Positions 10,100-18,536 of a DNA stretch of 24,438 nt are shown here, in pieces. Source of the stretch: Desulfobacterales bacterium. GTDB lineage: Bacteria > Desulfobacterota > Desulfobacteria > Desulfobacterales > C00003060. The stretch spans positions 1 through 24,438 of the forward strand of contig DAOVEU010000001.1 in assembly GCA_030668805.1 (NCBI GenBank), read 5' to 3'. The translations under genes were made by a program, and so were the position numbers. The notes under the pieces are model-generated. The model was not told where the DNA came from, searched no databases, and saw nothing but the letters and a program-made list of their open reading frames with translations. Within the stretch, counting starts at the first letter, position 1, and every line of letters starts with the position of its first letter.

Positions 10100-10272
10100 T
10101 GCTAATGTTTCTACGCATTAAATCCAGCATTAAATAGGCGTATTGCTGCTATCAATGCTCGTGAGCATTTGAGTCGAACTTTCATTATGATTAATGGACA
10201 TAAAACGGCTTTGCATCATTTATTGTTGCATTTTTCTCCATAAATGGCTTCAAAAATGGCATTTATCATGGC
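10100..10272. repeat. Degenerate repeat block A: 16-bp palindrome and 12-bp-period doublets
   Basis: AATGCTC-GT-GAGCATT perfect palindrome at 10154-10169; GCATTAAAT x2 (10115, 10127); AAATGGC x2 (10242, 10254). Confidence 0.65.
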
Positions 10273-10403
10273 GTGGCGAGTCTGATCGCGCAGACCGAAG
10301 TCACGAGCAAAGTCGCTATCGCGGTCACAGCACAAATGGTCTTCGTCAGTAACCCGGCCTTTTGCCAAGCCTCTATGTCTTTGAATCTTTCAATCCTCGC
10401 AAC
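10271..10403 (-). pseudogene. 5' remnant of a four-helix-bundle (23S rRNA IVP / Avd-like) gene, frameshifted
   Basis: Translates as VARIERFKDIEAWQKAGLLTKTICAVT, then after a 1-nt shift near 10321 as DSDFARDFGLRDQTRHA. This matches the family pattern F.D..AWQKA..L...I...T....F..D..L.DQ.R.A. No intact start, and the 3' two-thirds are absent. Confidence 0.65.
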
Positions 10404-10554
10404 TCGAAGCTACTACCTGCCTATAGCCAAATGCTCGCAGATTGCCCGCGATCAATTGCCCGCGGGATTCCGGTGTGCAACTTTCTATATGCGATTCTAC
10501 ATGAGTTCATATAGCTGGTCACATAATGGGAGCGCTTATGCGAACTCCAATCCG

Positions 10555-10720
10555 ACCGAGCATTAGAACCGGTTAAATGCTCGCTTTAATGCTCGTGAGC
10601 AATTTTCCGAGCAATTCTTTGTAGAATTGCTCCAATAGTTGCCGGTAGAAATGCCCATAAAATGGCACATTCCATTTTGGTGAGCCATTTTTGCGTATAA
10701 ATGGCTCATGAAATGGCGCA
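10555..10720. repeat. Degenerate repeat block B, diverged direct copy of block A
   Basis: AATGCTCGTGAGCAAT at 10588-10603; CGAGCATT/AATGCTCG inverted pair at 10557-10583; 10-bp inverted repeat TGAGCCATTT/AAATGGCTCA at 10681-10708; ATAAATGGCT-N4-AAATGGC at 10697-10717 (also at 10240-10260). Confidence 0.65.
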
Positions 10721-10729
10721 AATCCATTT

Positions 10730-11002
10730 CTATCCATTTCCGTCACCCAAATATACCCATCGCGATCCTCTTCCTTTACCCTGAAGCATCACAGCGCCTT
10801 CATGCTGTAATTCCGCCATGAGGCGCTTCACCTGCCCGCGGTCAAAATGGGTAATCTGCCGGATTTCCTGGTTAGACAGGCCTTGGTCGCCCCGATTCTC
10901 TCGCTGTTTGAGCACACTCAGCACCCGGGTCTTGGCCTCTTCCCAGTCGATGCGCCTATCCCGGTCCGAGTGGCCCGGTCCAAGAAGTCTTGCGAGGTAA
11001 CC
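10730..11002 (-). pseudogene. 3' remnant encoding a C-terminal winged-HTH (as in AlbA/RecG-C-type ATP-binding regulators)
   Basis: The frame is open from the codon right after the DUF4276 stop: GYLARLLGPGHSDRDRRIDWEEAKTRVLSVLKQRENRGDQGLSNQEIRQITHFDRGQVKRLMAELQHEGAVMLQGKGRGSRWVY. It has a wHTH with a G.GRG wing and no start codon for the first 26 codons. Confidence 0.55.
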
Positions 11003-11626
11003 TTATTCTTCCCTGCCTTCTATCTCACGAGTCAGCGTCTCGAACAGTCTTTCACAATGTGGCGCTTTGGACCGAACGATTTGGGAGTCGATAAGGCAAA
11101 GCAACTTTGACCCGTGCCGGATCTTGTGGTAGGGGCCTTTGCGACTGTCACGCGTAGCATTCTGCAGAGCCGTTTCAAGTACCGCTTTGTCAATTGCTTC
11201 GACTTCGTCCCTCGCCGGGATCACCCCACGCCTGAATCCATTGCCATAAAACGATTCCAGTATGTCGATGTCAGCTACTAACCATGCCTCCATCATCTGA
11301 ACCATCAAATGGCAATGTTCGTCCAAAACACCAGCAGGATTCCATCCATCTCTCTCCTGAAGATGGCGCCACGCGGTTTGGTTCACTGGCCCTTCGGCAT
11401 CAACAAGCAAAACATTGAAAGCATCTGGATGGCTTCTCAAGGCCATTTTGAAGTTGTCAAAAGCCGCATTCCGCGGACCGCAGGCGATGATATTCCAGCG
11501 GATTCGACGTTCCCGGGCAAGACCGCGGAGCTGGCTCAGGAATTGTCCAAGACCCCGGCGAATAGCGGCCTTAGTATCTTTGCCGTCTCCCCCGCCCTCA
11601 GCATATATACGGATCTCATTTACCAC
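11003..11626 (-). CDS. DUF4276-family (TOPRIM-like) protein
   Basis: IYAEGGGD TOPRIM-type glutamate motif, LLVDAE, MVQMMEAWLVAD, YHKIRHG. Probable start is GTG 11626 (AGGAGG 6 nt upstream, overlapping the ATPase stop) rather than 11656. Confidence 0.8.
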   Translation of the reverse strand: MVNEIRIYAEGGGDGKDTKAAIRRGLGQFLSQLRGLARERRIRWNIIACGPRNAAFDNFKMALRSHPDAFNVLLVDAEGPVNQTAWRHLQERDGWNPAGVLDEHCHLMVQMMEAWLVADIDILESFYGNGFRRGVIPARDEVEAIDKAVLETALQNATRDSRKGPYHKIRHGSKLLCLIDSQIVRSKAPHCERLFETLTREIEGREE

Positions 11627-12894
11627 CGGGTCCCTCCTATTTCCCCCATGCGCCACAGTTCTCCCAAGGAATACTTATCCAACCATTCCTTGAGCTGGTC
11701 CTTTTTTAAACGTCTTAAGTGAGTCCCTGTATCATCGCGTTCGCACACAAGCACACTTTCCGGAGTATCTGAGAGAGCCGATACAAGAATATCGGAATGG
11801 GTTGTAACGATCAACTGTGTCTTGTCCGATGCCTCAATAAGTAACTCAGCGATAGTTGGGAGGATATCAGGATGCAGCCCTAGTTCTGGTTCCTCAATGC
11901 ACAATACTGAAGGAGGTGCTGGATGGCAAAGCAGTGTCAACAAACACAAGTACCGAAGGGTGCCGTCTGACAGGCGTGTGGCTGGAATGGGCTGGGTCAG
12001 CCCCTTTTGGTGCAGGAAAATCTGTACGGTTCCACCGTGTATCCTGGTAGTAATATCCTCTATGCCCTCGTCAAAGATCTTCAGTTTTTCGATAATTAAC
12101 CTTTTTGTTCCCGGCTGGTGCTGCAAATCATTTAGTACCAGGCCAAGATTGCTGGCATCTTCTATAAGAAAATCTTCAGGAAGGTCTGCTTTTTGGGGAA
12201 GTCGCGGCGGTGTATAACGCCCCAAATTCCACTCCCGGTATAATTCAATCCTTGAGAATTCATTGGCCAGATATGTGAGTTCAGGGTATTGGTCCGGGTC
12301 TTTTCGTTGGGACAGCACCGACTGGTGAATATCCAGATCTTCCCTTCGAAGTGACCGAACCATGCGCTTTTGCCCCGTCGCTCTAGGAAAGGCTTTAGCA
12401 TAATGGCTGAGAGATTCTTGGACAGTACGGGTCTCCTTTACATCAGGGGGGGTGATTATGGCATTCAAAACAGGATTGCCACAATTATAACGATAGAAAA
12501 AATAAACATCTTCTTCATCAGGCTTTGTCGGACGCTCGCACTCAACAGCCTCATCCACCAGCTCAAACCGTTGCCCGACCTTAGTAAAACTGAGCCGGTA
12601 CCTAAGGGGAATAGGTTCATCGGGGTAATTCAACGTTACATTGATTTCAGCTACTGGGGTACCCTTCTTTCCTTTGTAAAGCCACTCGGTCACACCTCCG
12701 CCTTCACGGATTGGGGCAGTCAGATCCCTCGGTGTAGCTTGCAGAAGAGCAAAGGCCTCTATTAGATTGGACTTACCCGAACAGTTCGGTCCGATCAGTA
12801 CGTTCAACGACTCCAATTCTATTTCGGCAGTGTCTTCCCCGTAAGAGAGGAAATTTGTTAGCTGAATGGTTCTGATAAACTTATGCTCTGTCAT
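11620..12894 (-). CDS. ABC-type (AAA_21-like) ATPase
   Basis: Walker A GPNCSGKS, signature LSDGTLR, Walker B IEEPELGLHP, H-loop VTTHS. ATG 12894 has GGGAG 6 nt upstream, directly after the brxC stop. Confidence 0.9.
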   Translation of the reverse strand: MTEHKFIRTIQLTNFLSYGEDTAEIELESLNVLIGPNCSGKSNLIEAFALLQATPRDLTAPIREGGGVTEWLYKGKKGTPVAEINVTLNYPDEPIPLRYRLSFTKVGQRFELVDEAVECERPTKPDEEDVYFFYRYNCGNPVLNAIITPPDVKETRTVQESLSHYAKAFPRATGQKRMVRSLRREDLDIHQSVLSQRKDPDQYPELTYLANEFSRIELYREWNLGRYTPPRLPQKADLPEDFLIEDASNLGLVLNDLQHQPGTKRLIIEKLKIFDEGIEDITTRIHGGTVQIFLHQKGLTQPIPATRLSDGTLRYLCLLTLLCHPAPPSVLCIEEPELGLHPDILPTIAELLIEASDKTQLIVTTHSDILVSALSDTPESVLVCERDDTGTHLRRLKKDQLKEWLDKYSLGELWRMGEIGGTRW

Positions 12895-12904
12895 TATATT
12901 CTCC

Positions 12905-15900
12905 CTATTCCAGCACAATCCTGACCTTGCTCGGATCTTTGCCTTTTGTGAGATCAGCCAAATATTCGTCGAAGCGCTTCTTCAATTCATCCGGTGTTGC
13001 CGGGGCACCACCTCTTAGCAGCGCGGATCTCAGGTCTTCAATCCTTACCTCTACTTTTACCAGGCCTGAGAGCACTTCCCGCACAGCATGGATGAAATCA
13101 TGTCCAAGGTCTTCCGGAAGGGTCTGAGTTTTGATGAAGGCTTTCAAATGCTTTCTGTCTTTGGCTTTAAGCAAGCCCAAGTCTTTTTGGATTGTGGGGT
13201 CCTCAAGGTTTGTGAGGAGTGTCCGAGTCCACGAGGAAAGAAGATTGTCCAGTTGATCGTCCATTTGGTGGAGAAGGGTGGCCGCCGCCACCTTAGACTT
13301 TTCAGCGCCAGGTTTATAAGAACAGTGCGGGCAAACAGGCGAGTCTTTTAGATCTGGCTCCGTCAACTGGTAGCAGGGTGTGAGGTCTGCGAGGCGGTTC
13401 AGAAAATCAATCAGATGGGCACTTGGCATCACATCGATGACAGAGATCTCTTGAAGGATTTTTAGGCGTTCGTCATGCATAAGCTGGGTCTTCTTCTTGT
13501 CATCAGTAATCCCCAGCCGAGCCTTCGCATGAAGAGACATGTATTCCTTCACATAGGCTTTCTTGAGATCGACGAGCTTACGCATGACCTGCTGGCGGAA
13601 AGTTGCAGCTTTCCGCTTATCAGCGTCCATGATCTGAGATAGAACCTGATCCCTTGTTTTCTTCGCTTTCCCGGTCCACGCGTGTTCACCAGGCATTACA
13701 GCTTCGGCAGTAGAGAGGTAGGAGGAAATAGGCCCGACCTCATCCGCCATGCCTTTTAGGGACTCAACCACTTGAAGCGTATTAAGGCCTTCCCGATGTG
13801 ATTTCACATCTTTGGCTGTATACCGGAAGTTCTTGAGCTTGCCAGGAGTCGAATAGGCCTGGAGAGATTCCAGAAATGTCTTTGTTTGCTCCAAGCGGGC
13901 CAGCAAATTCTCTGCCTCCTCTTCGGTAAGCAGGCTCTGGCCCCAGATGGGGAATCGGCCGTGCACATACTGCTGCGATAGAACCAATTTCTCTACAGAC
14001 TGGGCGACGGCCTGCTGAAGCTGTTGGACCGGCTCCTCTTTTCCCAGGGTGACGTTGCTGGCAAGCCCTGGCGCAAGGCCCATAAGTTCAAACAGAGCCT
14101 TAAGGGCTGGGAGATTCCATTCCTTGGGTCGTTCGATGTGTTTGAAGCTGGCCAGGTCATCAACAGCCGTAGCGCAAAAAACAGAAAGGCTTGTAGCATC
14201 GAATTTCTTCCCTGGAATGGCAAGAACCAAATCACCCGAGTACACCAAGCTCGCTAGAACGACCACAACCCACTCCGGCTCAAGCCTGTAAATGTTCGGA
14301 GCCAAGTATTCGACCCCATACGCATCCTGGATGATTTCAGATCGGTTAACTACCTGGCCTTCGCCCTTTTTGCCCAGAAGATCCAGAATATGTTTTGCAT
14401 AGCTGGAATTCTGCGGAGCGAGTCTTTCACCGTCCAGCAACTCCAAAGCGTCGAGCACTGCTGTGGCCTGCTTTGTTCGGGTGGCACCTGCAATCCATCG
14501 AAGGGAATCCTGGGCTGCCTGCATTCGGTTTTCTCTGGTGACCAGCACCGAAAAGTGAGGATATTCCGGCGATAGATCAGCAAAGTGTGTCTCCAGACAA
14601 ATGCCAGCCATTGCATTGATAAGATCTCGGAAATTGATGCGCTCATGAGATGGAACCCCTGCCAGGTCGCGGATATTCTTGTCCTTTGCCCATTCCACAA
14701 GGGATTTCTTTCTTCCCTGATAGGTAATCTGGAATGCTGAGCTCATGTGCTCTTTGAGCCACCTGACCAGCTTGCGGAGAAAATCTTCCTCCGCCTTGGA
14801 TTCGTACACGCTCTTAGCATGCCCGGAGGATGTGGAAGCCAGGTCAAGGGCCGCAGCATATTTGTTCAGCGTGTCATTGAAATCATCGTCCGCTCCGGTG
14901 AGGCGGAGAAATACTTCGTCGGCCTTCTTTTCATCTTTAAAACGCGGGGGATCATGGGGTTGAACGAAGTACAAGTAAAAGTCCCGAGGTGGCACGGCTG
15001 TGGAGCGTTCGTTAGGAGAACCGAAGAAGAGGTAACCCTGACGGGCGGCCTTATGCGTATACCACTCCAGCTCATGTTCCCAGATTTTGTAGCCGGTGAT
15101 ATAGGTCTGATCTGTGCACTCCATGAGCCTTTTCAGCCCCTCGTAGTAGTAGCGATCAAGTTGTTCACTATCCAGGCTGTCTGCTCGTTTTTCGATAATG
15201 GCGTCAAAGTCTTCAGTCTTCTTGAGATCCAGATAATACTGGCGATTATCCGGATTTGAGGAAATGAACTGTCCGCTCACCGTTTTGTGGATTTCCCGGA
15301 GTACGGTTTCCACCTGGGAAACGAGATCCTCTGCCGGCTCGCCGCCCAAGTCCTCTATGCCAGGCTGGTATAGACAAAGGGTGTCACGCAGTTCTTCTGC
15401 GGTGGCTCCCAGAGGGGCGTGAATGTCACCGGTAGTAAGCCGATGGACTGACAAAGCATTAATGATTCGTAGAGCCATGGGCTTGTAGGCCGGTCGGGTA
15501 AAAGCTTGGTTGATACGGGATTCCAGGACCTGGCCACAGTCGATCACTGCTTTAATATCCGGCACAGCTCGGAAAGATGGGTTCTCACGCAATGTGTCCC
15601 AATAGCTATCATAGGCGATGAGCCCCGGCTGGTCTTCAGGAACATCCTTTTCCAGCAGGCGTTTCATGGCAAAGGATAATGTCTTGAGTATTTCGCGCTT
15701 CTCGACAGCGGTAACACGTTCAAAGGTATCGATATAGTCCGGATGAACCGGAAACAGGCGGACAAACTCGTCCGTCCGCTCATTCATATCTCCGTAGAAC
15801 TTGGCAAAGGAAGTGAGGTGCTCTCTTATTCTGGCCTGTTGTTCAATGGTCTTCTTAAGGAGACGTTCAGCGACGACAAACTTAACGTCTCTTCGTGCAA

Positions 15901-16636
15901 TGAGGATCTGCTGAAAGCGATCCTTAACGCGACGAAGGCTATCAGCAACGAATGAAAACCTGGGGCTGTCAAAAATGGCTTCTTGTACACCAGCGATGAA
16001 TCGAAAACGAATGTCCTTACAAACCTCACCAATTTCTCTGAGGAAATTCAGGTCCAGGATAAGTTCCTGGTCTTTCCGAGTGCGCAGATAGTCGAGAAGT
16101 TCATCTACGACAAGGAGTAAGCCACGGTCCGGGAACGTCTTGTGAAATGTTGCCATCATTTCTTCAAAGGCCGGTTTATTACTGGACACCTCACTCGCAG
16201 ACGGGAAGGTATAATCTATTTCCCACGAGCCTAAACGCTCCTCCAGAGCAGCCAATACAATGTCCCGCAGAGACATAGTCGTTGAGCCAATCTCAGTACG
16301 GATTACTTTGAACTTCCCCGCTATTTCTTTCGCAGCCTTTGAAACCCGGTCGCTGATAATAATGTCTGCAAAGTCGGCGTTCTCTGCGGCTGCTGAGATC
16401 AGGGACATCAAGTGAGATTTGCCGGTACCATAATTGCCTACGACCAAGAGCCCCTTATTGTCGGTTGGATAATCGACTTGTAGGTGTGTGAAAACAAGTT
16501 CGGTGAGCTTTTCCGCCATTTCATCTGAGATCACGTACGTTGAAACAAGTTGCCGCGCGGAGTCCTCATGATCAGCATCACGGAGTTGAACCACGGATTC
16601 GATGGGCTCAAATTGGATAAGTTCCTTGTATTTCAT
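12905..16636 (-). CDS. brxC: BREX type 3 large P-loop ATPase BrxC (DUF6079-like)
   Basis: Walker A GNYGTGKS, Walker [11 protein letters not shown]-terminus [19 protein letters not shown]-terminal C..CPHC and [10 protein letters not shown]. About 1243 aa, directly after brxF. Start is ATG 16636 (track uses TTG 16642). Confidence 0.85.
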   Translation of the reverse strand: MKYKELIQFEPIESVVQLRDADHEDSARQLVSTYVISDEMAEKLTELVFTHLQVDYPTDNKGLLVVGNYGTGKSHLMSLISAAAENADFADIIISDRVSKAAKEIAGKFKVIRTEIGSTTMSLRDIVLAALEERLGSWEIDYTFPSASEVSSNKPAFEEMMATFHKTFPDRGLLLVVDELLDYLRTRKDQELILDLNFLREIGEVCKDIRFRFIAGVQEAIFDSPRFSFVADSLRRVKDRFQQILIARRDVKFVVAERLLKKTIEQQARIREHLTSFAKFYGDMNERTDEFVRLFPVHPDYIDTFERVTAVEKREILKTLSFAMKRLLEKDVPEDQPGLIAYDSYWDTLRENPSFRAVPDIKAVIDCGQVLESRINQAFTRPAYKPMALRIINALSVHRLTTGDIHAPLGATAEELRDTLCLYQPGIEDLGGEPAEDLVSQVETVLREIHKTVSGQFISSNPDNRQYYLDLKKTEDFDAIIEKRADSLDSEQLDRYYYEGLKRLMECTDQTYITGYKIWEHELEWYTHKAARQGYLFFGSPNERSTAVPPRDFYLYFVQPHDPPRFKDEKKADEVFLRLTGADDDFNDTLNKYAAALDLASTSSGHAKSVYESKAEEDFLRKLVRWLKEHMSSAFQITYQGRKKSLVEWAKDKNIRDLAGVPSHERINFRDLINAMAGICLETHFADLSPEYPHFSVLVTRENRMQAAQDSLRWIAGATRTKQATAVLDALELLDGERLAPQNSSYAKHILDLLGKKGEGQVVNRSEIIQDAYGVEYLAPNIYRLEPEWVVVVLASLVYSGDLVLAIPGKKFDATSLSVFCATAVDDLASFKHIERPKEWNLPALKALFELMGLAPGLASNVTLGKEEPVQQLQQAVAQSVEKLVLSQQYVHGRFPIWGQSLLTEEEAENLLARLEQTKTFLESLQAYSTPGKLKNFRYTAKDVKSHREGLNTLQVVESLKGMADEVGPISSYLSTAEAVMPGEHAWTGKAKKTRDQVLSQIMDADKRKAATFRQQVMRKLVDLKKAYVKEYMSLHAKARLGITDDKKKTQLMHDERLKILQEISVIDVMPSAHLIDFLNRLADLTPCYQLTEPDLKDSPVCPHCSYKPGAEKSKVAAATLLHQMDDQLDNLLSSWTRTLLTNLEDPTIQKDLGLLKAKDRKHLKAFIKTQTLPEDLGHDFIHAVREVLSGLVKVEVRIEDLRSALLRGGAPATPDELKKRFDEYLADLTKGKDPSKVRIVLE

Positions 16637-16684
16637 CTCCAAAACCCTTCCATGCTAACGTTATCAATTTGGACGTCACATCTC

Positions 16685-17152
16685 TCATTCCGGTGTCACC
16701 ACCTGAAGGTCGCGGCAAGGGTAGCGGCGATATTCGGGATGTTCGGGAGCGGCATAGACCATGTAATTGTCCTTAATTTCTCCGTTCCAGGTGGCAACAA
16801 TTGTTCTATTTCGGGAAAGCCCTTGAAGGAGCCTCAACGGATCTTGTTTAAGAGACTTTTCAAACAGAATCTCAATGTTGTCCAGGAGTACCACATCACT
16901 CCGGTTCTGTCTCAAGATGTCCTCCAAAAGCCGGGATGCCTGAAGTGCGCGCTGCCGAGTCGTCAGTTCCAACATGCGTCGGGAGATCTCAAGATTCACA
17001 TTGATAAGGGGTGCCCCCAGACCCTGCCGCACTTCTTTGAGGGCTGATGTCTTCCCAAAGCCCGATGGAGCGACAACAAGAACGAGCCTGTGATATAGTT
17101 CAGGGGCTTGCTTGATCTTCCCGATTATTTGGTTAGAAAGGGGCTCTACCAT
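16685..17152 (-). CDS. brxF: BREX-3 small P-loop protein BrxF
   Basis: 155 aa with APSGFGKT, VLLDNIEILF...L.QDPLRLL and HPEYRRY. AAGGA RBS. First gene of the operon. Confidence 0.85.
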   Translation of the reverse strand: MVEPLSNQIIGKIKQAPELYHRLVLVVAPSGFGKTSALKEVRQGLGAPLINVNLEISRRMLELTTRQRALQASRLLEDILRQNRSDVVLLDNIEILFEKSLKQDPLRLLQGLSRNRTIVATWNGEIKDNYMVYAAPEHPEYRRYPCRDLQVVTPE

Positions 17153-17425
17153 GAATCATTCCTTGGATTATTTGGCCTCTTTGGGCCAAAGATAGCTTTT
17201 CAGCCAGCTATTTTTGATGGGAGATCATGAAATGACTATCGCCTGGCTAACTGGCCACCCCGCATGCTGGCTTCCCTTTCACCGGTTTTAGGTGAAGCAT
17301 TGAATCGCCCTGTTTCTTAATGATTTAGGGCCATTTTTTATCAGGAATGAGCACCAAAGTAAAGCCCAAAGCCCCGACTCGGTGTCTATTATAACACGAC
17401 AACTGTGACAGATACGGTCATACCG

Positions 17426-17500
17426 ATTTTGGATTTTGGCCTACACCCCGGAGGGATTGGGAATTGCGGAATTGAGAGCCAGAATCCTAGAATCCAAAAT
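17426..17500. repeat. Short inverted-repeat element in the divergent intergenic region
   Basis: ATTTTGGATT (17426-17435) / AATCCAAAAT (17491-17500) perfect 10-bp inverted repeat; inner GGATTTTGGC / GCCAGAATCC 9/10 match. Confidence 0.55.
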
Positions 17501-17711
17501 GAAACGCGGGAATTTCGAGTTGTAATGACCTGTTTCCCATGACAATGGCTCAATACTACCCCTACTGCGAACCTCAGTCACGTAGGCAGAAGAGATGAGA
17601 GTAGTTGAGCTATCCCGATATAATATTCCGGAAATGCGTTGAAGGCCCCCAGAAAAACAGAAACCGGTACCATCTGCCACCTCTGACAAACCACCCTCTG
17701 TCATACCTGAA

Positions 17712-18365
17712 TTGGCGAAGTACGCAACCTGGGAACCTGGACAGAAGGGGGCATTACGGGCCTTGGAGCTTATCTGCGCAGACCGAACTGTTAAGGAAAT
17801 TTCAACCGAGCTTCATCAATCCGAGGTTTCAATTAGAAATACTGCGGCTGCTCTGATTGCCCTGCACCAGGCACAGTCACCTCATCATCCCTACGAGGGA
17901 AAGTCCGTCGACGACATAGCTGATGGACTTGGGATGAAACCTCAGGTCGTGGCGTTTCTGGACGAATTTCTTACTTATATGCCAGGGATTTTTCCGACCC
18001 GAGAAACGGTGTTCTATTGGCTGCGCAAAAAAGAGAATTATCCACCCTACCGGACGGAAAACTGCCCTGTTGGCAGCCTCATAGATATCATGCGTTATGA
18101 ATCCATATACTGGAGGTGCGTCAACGATAAGATCAAGCCCCCCTGGGAAGAGGAAAAAGACGATGTTCCCAAGTATGAGGAGGTTCCTGAGGAAATAGCA
18201 AAAGGGTTTCAGCAGGCTACGGAGTTCTTCCGACACCTGACTGACCTCGCTCAGACTGGCGCGCTCGATCTCGTAATGAGTGAGGTCATGCAACGATATA
18301 ACATCCTCTTGGTTGTCCAGAATGGATTTCGGGATGTGTTGAGGGAACATACAGGAGGTTTATGA
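17712..18365 (+). CDS. Putative DNA-binding regulator with N-terminal HTH (LuxR/sigma-4-like) and a possible second HTH
   Basis: RTVKEISTELHQSEVSIRNTAA and KSVDDIADGLGMKPQVV are HTH-like segments. The TTG start is uncertain. Its stop overlaps the next ATG (ATGA). Confidence 0.6.
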   Translation: MAKYATWEPGQKGALRALELICADRTVKEISTELHQSEVSIRNTAAALIALHQAQSPHHPYEGKSVDDIADGLGMKPQVVAFLDEFLTYMPGIFPTRETVFYWLRKKENYPPYRTENCPVGSLIDIMRYESIYWRCVNDKIKPPWEEEKDDVPKYEEVPEEIAKGFQQATEFFRHLTDLAQTGALDLVMSEVMQRYNILLVVQNGFRDVLREHTGGL

Positions 18366-18526
18366 GTGCTCGAAAGACAAAGAGTCGAGAAGACAGTAAG
18401 TTTCGTTGGTGCCCGAGCAAGAAATACCGAATTTCCGTTGCTGTATGCGAGGTTAAGGCCGCGCAAAACAAGGTTTGCAACCGATGCCTTAATACATGGC
18501 GGCAAAAGTCATGGCGGGTTCTGTGA
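18362..18526 (+). CDS. Small basic Cys4 (putative zinc-binding) protein, 54 aa
   Basis: Manual translation MSARKTKSREDSKFRWCPSKKYRISVAVCEVKAAQNKVCNRCLNTWRQKSWRVL. ATGA coupling to the upstream stop and AGGAGG just upstream. Below the ORF-track length cutoff. Confidence 0.55.
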   Translation: MSARKTKSREDSKFRWCPSKKYRISVAVCEVKAAQNKVCNRCLNTWRQKSWRVL

Positions 18527-18536
18527 GTCTCAGTAC

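Noticed and set aside
10273-10566. 97-aa plus-strand ORF in the intergenic gap
   Set aside because: No motif. The opposite strand gives a recognisable four-helix-bundle remnant that explains the sequence better.
10681-10708. 10-bp hairpin as an intrinsic terminator after the wHTH remnant
   Set aside because: No U-tract follows on the minus strand (CCAAAATGG); treated as part of repeat block B.
10100-10720. Possible CRISPR array or DGR template/variable repeats
   Set aside because: No constant-length repeat-spacer units, no cas or reverse transcriptase gene, and no adenine-specific mismatch pattern between the blocks.
13088-16032. Multiple 60-170-aa ORFs antisense to or overlapping brxC, and 16550-17047 antisense to brxF
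   Set aside because: Fully overlap well-supported genes and carry no recognisable domains.
17242-17250. CCTGGCTAA also found at 21380-21388 beside the tRNA; considered as a second att site
   Set aside because: Only 9 bp and outside the tRNA sequence; expected by chance.
18366-18536. N-terminal 57 codons of the tracked 227-aa ORF
   Set aside because: GTG without its own RBS; the region is better explained by the coupled Cys4 ORF in another frame.
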